From: an uncultured archaeon
GTDB taxonomy: Archaea > Thermoproteota > Nitrososphaeria_A > Caldarchaeales > Calditenuaceae
Direction of reading: 5' to 3'
Length of the DNA: 64,000 bases
Assembly: GCA_937921685.1 (NCBI GenBank)
Contig: CAKZUF010000003.1
Coordinates: 2,215-66,214, forward strand
The notes beneath the pieces were generated by a model. It worked only from the letters and a program-made list of their open reading frames with translations. It did not search any database and was not told where the DNA came from. Positions 26,773 to 36,852 of this stretch are shown piece after piece. Every line of letters starts with the position of its first letter. The stretch's first letter is position 1. Both the position numbers and the translations under genes were made by a program.

Positions 26773-29700
26773 TCACACCTTCTCAGGCAGTCTTGAGATC
26801 AGCATAGCCTCGTCATAGAGCTCTTTTAGAACCTCTTGGTAGCCCACCTCACCTGACTCAACCCGCTCCATAAGCTCCTCCAGCCTCCTCGTCAACTCCT
26901 CCGAAACAAGTGGTCCAAAGTTGGATGCGAGATACTCATAGACTATTCTTCCAAGCCTTGTCGCCAGAACTCTGCCCCTGTTGTTGAAGATGTATCCTCT
27001 CTTGTAGAGGACGCTGAGTATCCTTGCATACGTGCTTGGACGGCCTATCCCTCTCTCCCGCATGAGGGCTATGATGTCGCCCTCGCGGAACAAGGGGGCG
27101 GCCTGAACGCTCCTCACATCTAGGTTAACCACCTTGTGGGCTCCAGGTGTCAGCGGCTTAAGGACCCTAACAGTCTGGAAGACCTTGAGAAAACCTGGCT
27201 CCAAGACATCCACAATCCTCTCAACCTCATACTCGCGGCCAAGCACTCTGACTTTACTAACCTGCCTCCGGAGTAAAGCCTCCCTCATCTGGCTAGCCAT
27301 GAAGCGCCTGAAGATCAAGTCATATAGTGAGAGGTCTCTGCTCTCCAGCCGCATGGGTATTCTGAGCATGCCTGACTGGAGGTAGAGTTCGAGCTGTCTC
27401 CTATTGAGCGGCCTCGTCGGTCTGATGCACTCGTGCGCACCGGGCTCGCCGTGGTGCCTCGGAGAGAAGAGTTCTGGGTAGTTCTCGCCGATGTAGCTCT
27501 TAGCAACTGATATTCCGGTGGAGGAGACGTAGGTTGAGCCTGTCCTATGATATGTTATCAGGCCTGACTCGAAGAGTCTCTGAGCTACCTGCATCGCCTC
27601 GGCTGTGCTCATCTTGAGCATGATTGAGGCGTCGCGCAGGAGAGAGTCGGTGGTGTAAGGGCGCGGTGGGGGGAGAGGTGTTTCGACAACATCTACAGTC
27701 GTTATCTCTACCTGGAGCGTGCCTTGCCTGTAATGCCTTTTAACATCATCCACATCCTCTATGTTCTCCAATACTATCTCAGAGCCGTCACCAAGAACCA
27801 ATGTTGCAACGAGCCGCTTCTTCTTCGCCTCCTCCATTCTCTGGAGGACCCAGCCAAGCACCGGGGTCTGAACTCGCCCCGCTGATAGGTGTTTTTTACC
27901 GAAGTGCTCCCAGAGACGCCTGCTCAGCTCGAAGCCCACCCACCTATCCTCTATCCTCCTGACAGTCTGAGACTCTACTAGGGGAAGCGAGATGTCTCGA
28001 GGGGATTTGAGGGCGTCGCGGAGAGCCTTCCTGGTTATCTCGTGGAACTCGAGCCTTTTAATCGACTTATTGAATGGTTTAATGTTTACGTATATGTCGT
28101 AGCCTATCTTCTCGCCCTCAGCGTCAGGGTCAGTGGCTATGAAGACCGTGTCAAATTCTAGCGAGAGCTTTCGGAGAGACTCGATGATTGTTCGCTTGCT
28201 GTAGAATTTCTTTGAGCCGCAGTTTGGGCATGACTCGCCGTCTGTAAACTGCTCCCCACACCTCAGGCATCTTTTAATATCTATATAGGTGGGTACGAAC
28301 TCGCCGTCGACCATTGCCACTCCGTGGAATCCATAGCCGGTGGTCAGGTCCACCACATGCCCCTGCGAGGCGGAGAGGCATGCAACATACCCCTCACCTA
28401 TCGACTCGTAGACTGTTAATCCGTCAATAACTCGCCTAGCCGGCTTCCCGAAGAAGTAGGCTAAGGTTCTGGCCTTCGTAGGCGACTCAACTATTATCAA
28501 GGATGATTTTAGAATATCGATTGCCTCCGGCCTAAACTCTCCGATGCTTATAGCCTGTAGAAGTTTCCTGTCCCTATCACAGAGTTTAAACTCTTCCTCC
28601 GCCAGCTCTGGCTGATACTCTTGGAACGATTCTTCGTAGACGGCTTCCAAGCCCCTTGAAATACCCCTAAATGCCTTTTCGTCATCTACTATTAGGATGG
28701 AGATTCCCCTGGTTATGCCTCCCGCGAACATTCTCGACGAGCGGCCAGACGCCTGAACATAACCGTCAATGTCGGGTATCAGTATAGAGATGCCCTTTTC
28801 ATCTGCGCGAATCTTGAGGTCAAGCATCTCTGCAATTCTCCTCAGCTCCTCTTCCCCGATCGAGGACTTCAGGAGCTGGTGGGCCCTAGTAACCGCTGTG
28901 TATACATAGCCCGCAAACCCCTCGGGGGGCTTCCCAGCCTCAAGCCCTTGCTTAACCGCCTCCAGTATCTCGCTCCGCGTCGGAACACATTTGTTTAACA
29001 TTCCCATGACTTGGACTAGGTCGGCCTCCTTTTTCTCCCGAATAATTGGGGCTAAATTCCTGAGGGCGCTCAGAAGCATTGAGGGCCGATGCTCACTCCA
29101 AGACACATTTAACTCTCGCCTAGGCACTCCAGCGAAGATTACATACCTTATCCGCTCCGGCAGGTCGATACCTCTCGCGAGCGGGCTTCTAGTGCTAGCC
29201 ACACCAACTAGGACGTCATATTCGCCTGACTTGAAACGCTCCAGCATCCTCGCATTCATCCTCTCGTAGGCGTATGCTTTTATCCCACGGCTGTTCAGAT
29301 ACTGCGCCAGCTGTTTCGCCGAGTCAACACCCGCCACCTGCGGGACAAATACTAGGCATCCACCGCCATGCTTCTCTATGAGGTTGGCGACATCCGCCCA
29401 GAGGTTCGCGCCCTGCCGCAGATACATGTTTGAGATGTTTCTGACTAGGTCTATTGAGCTTCCTGGCTCAAAATTGAGCGCGAGTCTAAACAGCCTCATT
29501 CTCTTGGTTCTCCGACCTCTCATAGTAGCCCCCGAGACGAGGAGTACGGAGTCCAGTTCCCTATCGCTACTTGGGGATGCTTCATACTGGTTATCGCCAC
29601 CAGATTCGTCAGATTTGCCCGAAATTAATTCGAGATATTTCCCGACCTCCTCGAAGGTGAACCCCATCAGCAGCAGTACCTTGTCAATGTTTTTTGGAGA

Positions 29701-30324
29701 TTTTAGGAAGGAGTCAACGTCATCCACAAAAATGAATGAAAACTTCTTGTTGATGAGTAGGTCGAATCTGCTATAGAGGAATCTATCTGTTGTGATAAGT
29801 ATGTCGAAGTCGCCCTCGGCGATTTGATGTAGCGTCTGGCTGGCGGCATTTCTCTTCATGCCGGAGTAGTATCCGAGTATCTTGGGCCGTTTATCTCCAA
29901 GCCTCGAGGCTAGGGCCTCTGCCCTCTCGAGGAGGTGTTGGACGAGAAGGCTTGTGGGGACGAGTATGTATGACTTCTTCCCCTTGGTGGCTTGGTAGAG
30001 CGCCATTGCTAGGCAGAATGTCGTCTTGCCAGTCCCTGTGGGGGATATCAGAGAGAAGCTTCTGCCGAGGAGGACCCTCTTAGCCCAAGTCCTCTGAAGC
30101 GACCATGGACGAGAGCCAATGATCTCCTTGAAGAAGGCCTCAAATTCCCTGAATCTTTCCTCCAGCTCCAGCACCGGAATGTATTTCCCTGGCCTGATCC
30201 GGAGCCGACCACCCTCCACGAGGCCCTCTATGAGACATTGCCTGCATACTCCAAGCTCGACCAGCTCCTCGTCGGTTATTACGCCGTCACAGTTGGGGCA
30301 GAGCGAGACATAGACCGACTTCAA
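26773..30324 (-). CDS. rgy: Reverse gyrase (helicase-like domain fused to type IA topoisomerase)
   Basis: 1183 aa. N-terminal Zn finger (CPNCDG...CRQC). Helicase Walker A SPTGTGKTTF. C-terminal Toprim/topo IA region (LIIVESPTKARTLAYFFG ... YITYHRTGSTYVS with catalytic Tyr region) and Zn ribbon (CLRCGEQFTDGESCPNCG). Confidence 0.9.
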   Translation of the reverse strand: MKSVYVSLCPNCDGVITDEELVELGVCRQCLIEGLVEGGRLRIRPGKYIPVLELEERFREFEAFFKEIIGSRPWSLQRTWAKRVLLGRSFSLISPTGTGKTTFCLAMALYQATKGKKSYILVPTSLLVQHLLERAEALASRLGDKRPKILGYYSGMKRNAASQTLHQIAEGDFDILITTDRFLYSRFDLLINKKFSFIFVDDVDSFLKSPKNIDKVLLLMGFTFEEVGKYLELISGKSDESGGDNQYEASPSSDRELDSVLLVSGATMRGRRTKRMRLFRLALNFEPGSSIDLVRNISNMYLRQGANLWADVANLIEKHGGGCLVFVPQVAGVDSAKQLAQYLNSRGIKAYAYERMNARMLERFKSGEYDVLVGVASTRSPLARGIDLPERIRYVIFAGVPRRELNVSWSEHRPSMLLSALRNLAPIIREKKEADLVQVMGMLNKCVPTRSEILEAVKQGLEAGKPPEGFAGYVYTAVTRAHQLLKSSIGEEELRRIAEMLDLKIRADEKGISILIPDIDGYVQASGRSSRMFAGGITRGISILIVDDEKAFRGISRGLEAVYEESFQEYQPELAEEEFKLCDRDRKLLQAISIGEFRPEAIDILKSSLIIVESPTKARTLAYFFGKPARRVIDGLTVYESIGEGYVACLSASQGHVVDLTTGYGFHGVAMVDGEFVPTYIDIKRCLRCGEQFTDGESCPNCGSKKFYSKRTIIESLRKLSLEFDTVFIATDPDAEGEKIGYDIYVNIKPFNKSIKRLEFHEITRKALRDALKSPRDISLPLVESQTVRRIEDRWVGFELSRRLWEHFGKKHLSAGRVQTPVLGWVLQRMEEAKKKRLVATLVLGDGSEIVLENIEDVDDVKRHYRQGTLQVEITTVDVVETPLPPPRPYTTDSLLRDASIMLKMSTAEAMQVAQRLFESGLITYHRTGSTYVSSTGISVAKSYIGENYPELFSPRHHGEPGAHECIRPTRPLNRRQLELYLQSGMLRIPMRLESRDLSLYDLIFRRFMASQMREALLRRQVSKVRVLGREYEVERIVDVLEPGFLKVFQTVRVLKPLTPGAHKVVNLDVRSVQAAPLFREGDIIALMRERGIGRPSTYARILSVLYKRGYIFNNRGRVLATRLGRIVYEYLASNFGPLVSEELTRRLEELMERVESGEVGYQEVLKELYDEAMLISRLPEKV

Positions 30325-30390
30325 TACTAGGCCTAGGTTAAGGATGGCCTACTCATCCTCAAATATTATTCCCTTCCAGATTCTATTGGT

Positions 30391-30918
30391 GTGGCTGACT
30401 GGATTACCCGTCTTCCACTTGTTAGACGCGATACAGCCCCGAGAGGCGGCCGGGGTGAGTGCGCGGTCGCGGCTATATTGACTGTGGATAGCGACATACT
30501 TCTAGTCAAGAGGGGGTATAGGTCTGGGGACCCTTGGAGTAGGCATTGGGCGCTTCCAGGGGGTTTTTGGAAGGAGTCGGATGGCAACCTACTTAACACC
30601 GCTCTCCGGGAGGTTCTAGAGGAGGTGGGCGTGGGGGCGGAATACTTGAGGCTTCTGGGCTGGCTTACACCGAGGAGCCCGAGGAATAGACCAGAGTTAA
30701 CCATCTACCCTCTAGTCTTTTTAGCCGAGGAGAGGCCGCCGGTCAGGCTTGCGGACGAGCTGGAGGACTATAGGTGGGCGCCGCTTTACGGGCTGGGGAG
30801 GGGGAGGCATGTGGTAGAGACATCTCACGGACCTTCTGAGGTTGATGCATACGCCTGGGGCGATGTCGTTGTCTGGGGTCTTACATACACCATTTTAAGA
30901 GACCTTAGAGGCGAGTGA
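30391..30918 (+). CDS. Nudix hydrolase
   Basis: Nudix box GGFWKESDGNLLNTALREVLEEVGV. Confidence 0.65.
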   Translation: MADWITRLPLVRRDTAPRGGRGECAVAAILTVDSDILLVKRGYRSGDPWSRHWALPGGFWKESDGNLLNTALREVLEEVGVGAEYLRLLGWLTPRSPRNRPELTIYPLVFLAEERPPVRLADELEDYRWAPLYGLGRGRHVVETSHGPSEVDAYAWGDVVVWGLTYTILRDLRGE

Positions 30919-31581
30919 GGCCTTTATAAGCCTGAGGTATCCTCTATCACCCAGCCAGACGGGCTCCGCATCTATCCTCAACGCATTTCTGAAGAAGGGG
31001 GCGTCAACGACTAGGGTTTCATATTCTCCACCTTCACCTGCTAGGTTGAATCCATAACGCTCAGAGAGTGTGGTAAGCTGCTCCACGTACTCGCGGTTTA
31101 GTTGTCTGCCAAGCCACTCGGGCCCAAGACCGTGGGCGCTCACGGCCACTATTATGACAGAGTACCCTCTCGCCAGCACTTCCGTCATAATCTCGCGGGG
31201 CCCCACCCCCCAGATGGGCGCAACATGCCCGACACCCAAGCGGTCTGCAAGCCACTCTATCCTATCTCTCTGGTAGCGACTCGCCAGCCCCCCGCTGAGT
31301 AATCCATCAGCGCCGTAGTCTCTCACGAGGACTCGAAGAGTGTCGTAGAGTTCTTGGACCTCGACCTCCTTCCTCCCGCTGACGTCGACGTATTTGTGCT
31401 CTAGGCCCATGGCCTCTGCCTGCAGGTGTTGGACCCCTATACAGGTTGTATGGAACATCCATGAGTCTCTCTCGAGCGGGCGTGCTGTAACCAGCAGGGC
31501 TATTTCATGCCCAGCCTCTTGGGCCAGCTGGATGGAGAGTGTCGAGTCTTTCCCGCCTGTAAAGAGGGAGAGGAGGCGCAT
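30895..31581 (-). CDS. PP-loop ATPase of the MJ0570/Dph6 family (diphthine-ammonia ligase-like)
   Basis: 228 aa. N-terminal LFTGGKDS PP-loop variant. Confidence 0.55.
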   Translation of the reverse strand: MRLLSLFTGGKDSTLSIQLAQEAGHEIALLVTARPLERDSWMFHTTCIGVQHLQAEAMGLEHKYVDVSGRKEVEVQELYDTLRVLVRDYGADGLLSGGLASRYQRDRIEWLADRLGVGHVAPIWGVGPREIMTEVLARGYSVIIVAVSAHGLGPEWLGRQLNREYVEQLTTLSERYGFNLAGEGGEYETLVVDAPFFRNALRIDAEPVWLGDRGYLRLIKASLASKVS

Positions 31582-31583
31582 TA

Positions 31584-32606
31584 CTACTCCATGTTGAGGT
31601 GGTTGAGCGCCTTATTCAGTATGGCGTTGGAGACTTCGCTCCCCTTGGCGCTCCCACCCAAGTCAGGTGTAAGCACCCTTCCCTCATCGAGGACGGTTTC
31701 CACAGCCCTCTCAATAGCCTTTGAGACGCGGGATAGCCTCTCGTCCCGCCTTGACATTCCAAGCCAGCCAAGCATGTATGATGCTGAGAGTATCGTTGCT
31801 ATCGGGTTTGCATAGTCAGGGGTAAGGCTAGGCGCAGAACCGTGTACCGGCTCGAACACACCCATGTTTTCACCCACATTGGCTGAGCCTGCTAGGCCTA
31901 TGGATCCAGTGATGCCGGCCGCCAAGTCTGAGAGGATGTCGCCGAACATATTTGGTGTCAGGATCACGTCGAATATTGTTGGGTTAACGATCATCTGGTA
32001 GGCCGCATTGTCAACATACATCTCCTCCACCGCGACGCCGCCTTGGCTAAGCACCTCGAGCGCTACGTCTCGAAAGAACTTGTAGGAGGAGAGAACGTTT
32101 GCCTTGTGCACTATCGTGACCTTCCTGCGCCTCTCATTAGCCATGTTCAAGGCGACCCGCGCAATGCGCGCAGTGCCGAAACGCGTGATGACAAGAAGTG
32201 ATACCGCGTGGTCACGCCCAACATCCTCAACACCCTTATACATGTCCTCAGTGTTCTCCCTCACTATCACAAAGTCCACTCCGCTCCAGTGGGTCTTGAC
32301 CCCCCTGTACGTCTTGAATGGTCTTATGTTGGCGTATAGGTCGAGCCTCTGTCTGAGAAAAACTATCACGTCTCTGGCTGTCTCTCCTACAGGGCCCTTT
32401 AGGCACGCGTCAGAGGTTGTTATCTTCTTAAGAGAGTCGCGTGGGAGGGCCTCTCCTGTCTCGGCGGCAACCCTATCACCGGCAGGCGCCTCGACGAATT
32501 CTACGCCAAACCCCACAGTTGAGGCCAGCTCCTCAACTATTTTGACCGCCTGCCTTGTGACTACGGGCCCTATGCCGTCGCCAGGGATTACGGATATCCT
32601 ATACAT
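31584..32606 (-). CDS. 3-isopropylmalate/homoisocitrate dehydrogenase family protein (LeuB-like)
   Basis: 340 aa. Isocitrate/isopropylmalate DH family fold (IPGDGIGPVV ... NMFGDILSDLAAGITGSIGL). Confidence 0.7.
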   Translation of the reverse strand: MYRISVIPGDGIGPVVTRQAVKIVEELASTVGFGVEFVEAPAGDRVAAETGEALPRDSLKKITTSDACLKGPVGETARDVIVFLRQRLDLYANIRPFKTYRGVKTHWSGVDFVIVRENTEDMYKGVEDVGRDHAVSLLVITRFGTARIARVALNMANERRRKVTIVHKANVLSSYKFFRDVALEVLSQGGVAVEEMYVDNAAYQMIVNPTIFDVILTPNMFGDILSDLAAGITGSIGLAGSANVGENMGVFEPVHGSAPSLTPDYANPIATILSASYMLGWLGMSRRDERLSRVSKAIERAVETVLDEGRVLTPDLGGSAKGSEVSNAILNKALNHLNME

Positions 32607-32613
32607 TCCCGTT

Positions 32614-34332
32614 CTAGAGGCGTGGCATGGTTACCGCTCCCGTTGAGGCTGAGGAGACGAGGGAGGCGTACTTCGCTAGGAGCCCTGAAGTGGCTTTGGG
32701 TGGTTTGGGCTTGAGGTCCCTCCTTCTCCGCTCCAACTCTTCCCTCGATACTTGGAGTTCTAACCTCCCAGCATCAGTGTCTATCAGTATTTTGTCCCCG
32801 TCCTCGACTAGGGCTATCGGCCCACCAGAGGCTGCCTCTGGAGCCACGTGACCTACCATGATGCCCCGGGTCGCACCGCTGAACCTCCCGTCAGTCACCA
32901 TTGCGACGGACTCTCCGAGCCCAGCACCCGAGAGGGCGGCGGTAACCCTCAGCATCTCAGGCATTCCAGGCGCACCCTTTGGCCCAACGTATCTTATGAC
33001 TAAGACGTCACCCTCCTTCACGGTTCCGCCTCTAACCGCCTCGAATGCGGATTCCTCGTCGTCGAAGACCCGCGCAGACCCCTCAAACCTGGTCACACCC
33101 GTAGCCGCCGTCTTCACAACCGCGCCCTCAGGAGCCAGCGACCCCCTCAATATCCGGATGCCGCCCGTCTTCTTGATTGGCTTTGAAGGGTCTCGGACTA
33201 TGTGTTCGTGGGGGACGTCGGGTAGCCTATACTCCTTCAGGCTCTGGGCCAGTGTCTTCCCTGAGACGGTCAGGACGCCGCCATCTATGAGCCCTGCATC
33301 CAGTAGCTTCTTGAGGAGTAGTGGGGCGCCCCCAACCCTGTCAAGGTCTGCCATAACAAATTCTCCAGCCGGCCTCATGCTCAGTATGTACGGGGTCTTC
33401 TTGGAGATCTCGTCGAAGTCATCCAAGGTGAACTTGACTCCAGCCTCGTAGGCTAGTGCTAGGAGGTGGAGTATACCGTTTGTCGACCCCCCTGAAGCCA
33501 TGAGAAGTGTAGCCGCGTTTCTAAACGCCTCGTAGGTCAGTATGTCTCGGGGCTTTATTCCATTCTCTAATAGAGTTCCCAGTGCCTTGCCAGTCTCGTA
33601 GGCAAAGATCGCCCTCCTCGAGGAGGTGGCCGTCGGGCTGGAGCTTCCCAAGAGTGCTAGCCCCAGCCCCTCACTCAAGATAGCCATCGTGTTGGCTGTG
33701 AAGAGGCCGGCACAGGCCCCGTACGTGGGGTGTGCGACCATCTCGACCTGGAGAAGCTCCTGCTCCGAAATCTTTCCACTGATGTAGGCGCCCACGTACT
33801 CGTGGACATCCTCTATCGTGAACTTCTTCTCACCTATGAAGCCGGGCTCAGCTGAGCCGCCGTACATGTATATTGAAGGCCTGTTTATCCTGGCCATAGC
33901 CATCATTATTCCGGGCTGAGTCTTGTCGCACCCGCCTATCCCGACGAAGCCGTCATATGCGTGGGCTACTATCTGGGCCTCCACGCTGTCCGCTATCACC
34001 TCCCTGCTGACGAGGCTATACCTCATCCCCTCAGTCCCCATCGATATGTTGTCATTCACCACTATCGTGGGCATCGCAAGCCCCACACACCCAGCATCAC
34101 GGAGCCCCTGCTTGACGTAGCCGATGAGGTTTAGGGTGTGGAAGTTGCATGGACCGGATTCGCTCCAAGCCACAACAACACCGGCCAGAGGCTTGCCAAT
34201 ATCGCTGGGGTCGAGGCCTATGGACCAGAGGAACGCCCTGTGCGGCGCGTTTATCGTGCCTCCAAACCTCTCAAAACTGTAGACAGCACCTTTCCCCGAC
34301 ATTGGCATCTCGCCAGATGATCTACCGTGCAT
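32614..34332 (-). CDS. ilvD: Dihydroxy-acid dehydratase (IlvD/EDD family)
   Basis: 572 aa. Has the [2Fe-2S]/[4Fe-4S] Cys region (CDKTQPG) and IlvD/EDD C-terminal domain. Confidence 0.8.
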   Translation of the reverse strand: MHGRSSGEMPMSGKGAVYSFERFGGTINAPHRAFLWSIGLDPSDIGKPLAGVVVAWSESGPCNFHTLNLIGYVKQGLRDAGCVGLAMPTIVVNDNISMGTEGMRYSLVSREVIADSVEAQIVAHAYDGFVGIGGCDKTQPGIMMAMARINRPSIYMYGGSAEPGFIGEKKFTIEDVHEYVGAYISGKISEQELLQVEMVAHPTYGACAGLFTANTMAILSEGLGLALLGSSSPTATSSRRAIFAYETGKALGTLLENGIKPRDILTYEAFRNAATLLMASGGSTNGILHLLALAYEAGVKFTLDDFDEISKKTPYILSMRPAGEFVMADLDRVGGAPLLLKKLLDAGLIDGGVLTVSGKTLAQSLKEYRLPDVPHEHIVRDPSKPIKKTGGIRILRGSLAPEGAVVKTAATGVTRFEGSARVFDDEESAFEAVRGGTVKEGDVLVIRYVGPKGAPGMPEMLRVTAALSGAGLGESVAMVTDGRFSGATRGIMVGHVAPEAASGGPIALVEDGDKILIDTDAGRLELQVSREELERRRRDLKPKPPKATSGLLAKYASLVSSASTGAVTMPRL

Positions 34333-34395
34333 ATATTAAAGAGTTCCCGTCAAGTGTGAAGGATTTTTATCAGGCTTTGCAGTCGTAGGTACGAG

Positions 34396-35853
34396 TTGGC
34401 TAGGAATCTATTCCCCTGTGTGATTGGAGGGGAGAAGATTTTTTCACCCGACGGCAGGACATTCAGAGACATCAACCCCGCCGATACAGGCGAGGTTGTC
34501 GCCGAGTTCCCCCAACTATCCAGGGAAGATGCCGCCAAGGCTATCGACGCCGCGAGAGAGGCGCAGGTTAAATGGGCTTCGACCCCAGCCCCGGAGAGGG
34601 GTAGGATCCTTGTTAAAGCGGCGCAGATACTTGAGGATGAAGCTGATGAGCTGGCTAGGGTGCTGACTAGGGAGGAGGGGAAGACGCTGGCGGAGAGCAG
34701 GGCTGAGGTCGCTAGGGCTGTCAGCATCTTCAGATTCTATGGAGTCATGGGCTACAGGTTGAGGGGAGAGTTCACACCTTCAGCCGAGCCCAATACACAC
34801 CTCTTCACACTCCGCGAGCCACTAGGCGTAGTATCGATCATAACGCCCTGGAACTTCCCGATAGCCATACCCTCATGGAAGATCGCGCCCGCACTCATCT
34901 CCGGTAACGCAGTGGTCTTCAAGCCGGCGAGCTACACTCCACTGATAGGCTACAGGATAGTTGACGCCCTCCACCGCGCAGGGCTGCCGCCTGGGGTACT
35001 AAACTTCGTCACTGGCCCCGGCTCGACTGTGGGTGCAGAGCTAATCAACAGCCCCAAGGTGGATGCAATATCTTTCACAGGGTCGCTCGAGGTTGGTGAA
35101 GAGATCAAGAGGGCTGCGGGCGGGAGAAACATTAGGATTCAGTTGGAGCTGGGCGGAAAAAACCCAGCCGTAATTCTGGACGACGCGGACATGGATAGGG
35201 CGGTTGAGATGGTGGTCAGGGGTGCATTCGGCTTGACGGGGCAAGCATGCACAGCCACCAGCCGGGCAATAGTCCTTGAAAACGTCGCCGAGGAGTTTGA
35301 GAGAAAGCTGGTCGAGCGTGTCAAGAGGATCAAAGTCGGCAACGGTCTGGCGGAGGGTGTTGAGATGGGGCCGGTGGTCGGCGAGAAGGAGATGAACAAG
35401 ATCCTTGACTATATCCGGGTCGGAATCGATGAGGGGGCTAAGCTGGTCCTAGGTGGAAAGAGGCTCATGGGGCCAGAACACTCTAAGGGATACTTTTTGG
35501 AGCCCACGATATTCACGGATGTCACTCCGGATATGAGGATAGCTCAGGAAGAGATATTCGGACCTGTCCTAGCGGTTATGCGCGCCCACAGCTTTGACGA
35601 GGCCGTGGAGCTGGCAAACAAGATCGAGTACGGGTTATCTGCCTCTATATTCACGAGGAGCCTCCCAAGGGCTTTCGAGTTCATTAACCGTGTACAAGCA
35701 GGCGTTGTTAAGGTCAATAAGCCGACGACCGGCCTAGAGCCTCATGTACCGTTCGGCGGATTCAAGAAATCCAGCTACGGCATGGTCAAGGAGCAGGGCG
35801 AGGCCGCCCTAGACTTTTACACCAAGATCAAGACCGTATATCTCGGCTACTGA
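34396..35853 (+). CDS. NAD(P)+-dependent aldehyde dehydrogenase (2,5-dioxopentanoate/glyceraldehyde dehydrogenase-like)
   Basis: 485 aa. ALDH glutamate motif ELGGKNP and catalytic Cys GQACTA. Confidence 0.8.
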   Translation: MARNLFPCVIGGEKIFSPDGRTFRDINPADTGEVVAEFPQLSREDAAKAIDAAREAQVKWASTPAPERGRILVKAAQILEDEADELARVLTREEGKTLAESRAEVARAVSIFRFYGVMGYRLRGEFTPSAEPNTHLFTLREPLGVVSIITPWNFPIAIPSWKIAPALISGNAVVFKPASYTPLIGYRIVDALHRAGLPPGVLNFVTGPGSTVGAELINSPKVDAISFTGSLEVGEEIKRAAGGRNIRIQLELGGKNPAVILDDADMDRAVEMVVRGAFGLTGQACTATSRAIVLENVAEEFERKLVERVKRIKVGNGLAEGVEMGPVVGEKEMNKILDYIRVGIDEGAKLVLGGKRLMGPEHSKGYFLEPTIFTDVTPDMRIAQEEIFGPVLAVMRAHSFDEAVELANKIEYGLSASIFTRSLPRAFEFINRVQAGVVKVNKPTTGLEPHVPFGGFKKSSYGMVKEQGEAALDFYTKIKTVYLGY

Positions 35854-36754
35854 GCCGCTCAATCCTATTCCGAAGCAGGCCGATCTTCTCAATCTCTATC
35901 TCCACTACGTCCCCACCCTCTAAAGTAAACTCGTCCGGAGGAACAATTCCCGTCCCAGTCAGCAATACAGTGCCTGCGGGGATGACGTTGTTTCTAGTCA
36001 GGAAGTCTACAAGCTCGCCCAGCCCCCTCTTCATGCTCGAAGTGCTTATGGAGCCTTTGAAGACTTCAGACCCTCCTCGAAGGATTCTCATCTCAATCCT
36101 CAGGTTTTTAGGGTCTCCAACTGTTTCAGGCAGGGCGATCGCGGGGCCCAACGCACAGCTCCCTCTGTAGATCTTGGCCTGGGGTAGGTAGAGAGGGTTT
36201 TCGCCTTCGATGTCCCTTGCCGAGATGTCGTTGCCCACAGTATATCCTATTATCTCATGCTTTGGTCCAAGGACCAGCGCCAACTCCGGCTCAGGCACTG
36301 ACCATTTCGAGTCGCCCCGTATATACGCGACATCACTTGGACCGACGCAGCGGGATGGCGTGGCCTTGAAGAATATCTCCGGCCGCTCGGCCTCGTAGAC
36401 AAGGTCGTAGATTCCCTTAGCCTTTGTCTCGTATTCGCGGGCCTCCCGGCTCCTGAGATATGTTACGCCAGCGCCCCAGACCTCGGGCGGAACAATGGGG
36501 ATGAGGAGGCGGAAGCCTTTCAGCCTTCCCTCAGCAACCTCTGAGTAGCTAACCTTCTTTAACCGTCCACCCCCTCCTAGTCTCCGTTCCAATAAATCGG
36601 CAACACTCACACCCTTGCCTGCTGCCTCACGGACAAGCATTAGGAAGCCTCTCCCGGAGCCGTACCGCTTCTCGGGCAACAGAGCCACCTCGTCATCAAC
36701 CACTACTCCTAGCCTTGGACCTCCGCGCGGCGTTTGAATTCTAACCACCCTCAT
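35828..36754 (-). CDS. Fumarylacetoacetate hydrolase (FAH) family protein (possible 2-keto-3-deoxy-pentonate dehydratase)
   Basis: 308 aa. FAH-fold C-terminal region. Convergent with the ALDH gene. Confidence 0.5.
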   Translation of the reverse strand: MRVVRIQTPRGGPRLGVVVDDEVALLPEKRYGSGRGFLMLVREAAGKGVSVADLLERRLGGGGRLKKVSYSEVAEGRLKGFRLLIPIVPPEVWGAGVTYLRSREAREYETKAKGIYDLVYEAERPEIFFKATPSRCVGPSDVAYIRGDSKWSVPEPELALVLGPKHEIIGYTVGNDISARDIEGENPLYLPQAKIYRGSCALGPAIALPETVGDPKNLRIEMRILRGGSEVFKGSISTSSMKRGLGELVDFLTRNNVIPAGTVLLTGTGIVPPDEFTLEGGDVVEIEIEKIGLLRNRIERLSSRDIRS

Positions 36755-36852
36755 GGCTCAGACCTCACAGCATAGGTCGGCCTAGCAGCTACTTAAGACT
36801 AAGTGTTTAGGAGCTATATGTTAATAGGGACCGTGAGTCACTTGTTTATTCC

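Noticed and set aside
32104-33451. 180-aa, 74-aa and 197-aa plus-strand ORFs antisense to the leuB-like and ilvD genes
   Set aside because: They overlap well-supported enzymes on the opposite strand and have Ser/Pro/Thr/Ala-rich low-complexity translations.
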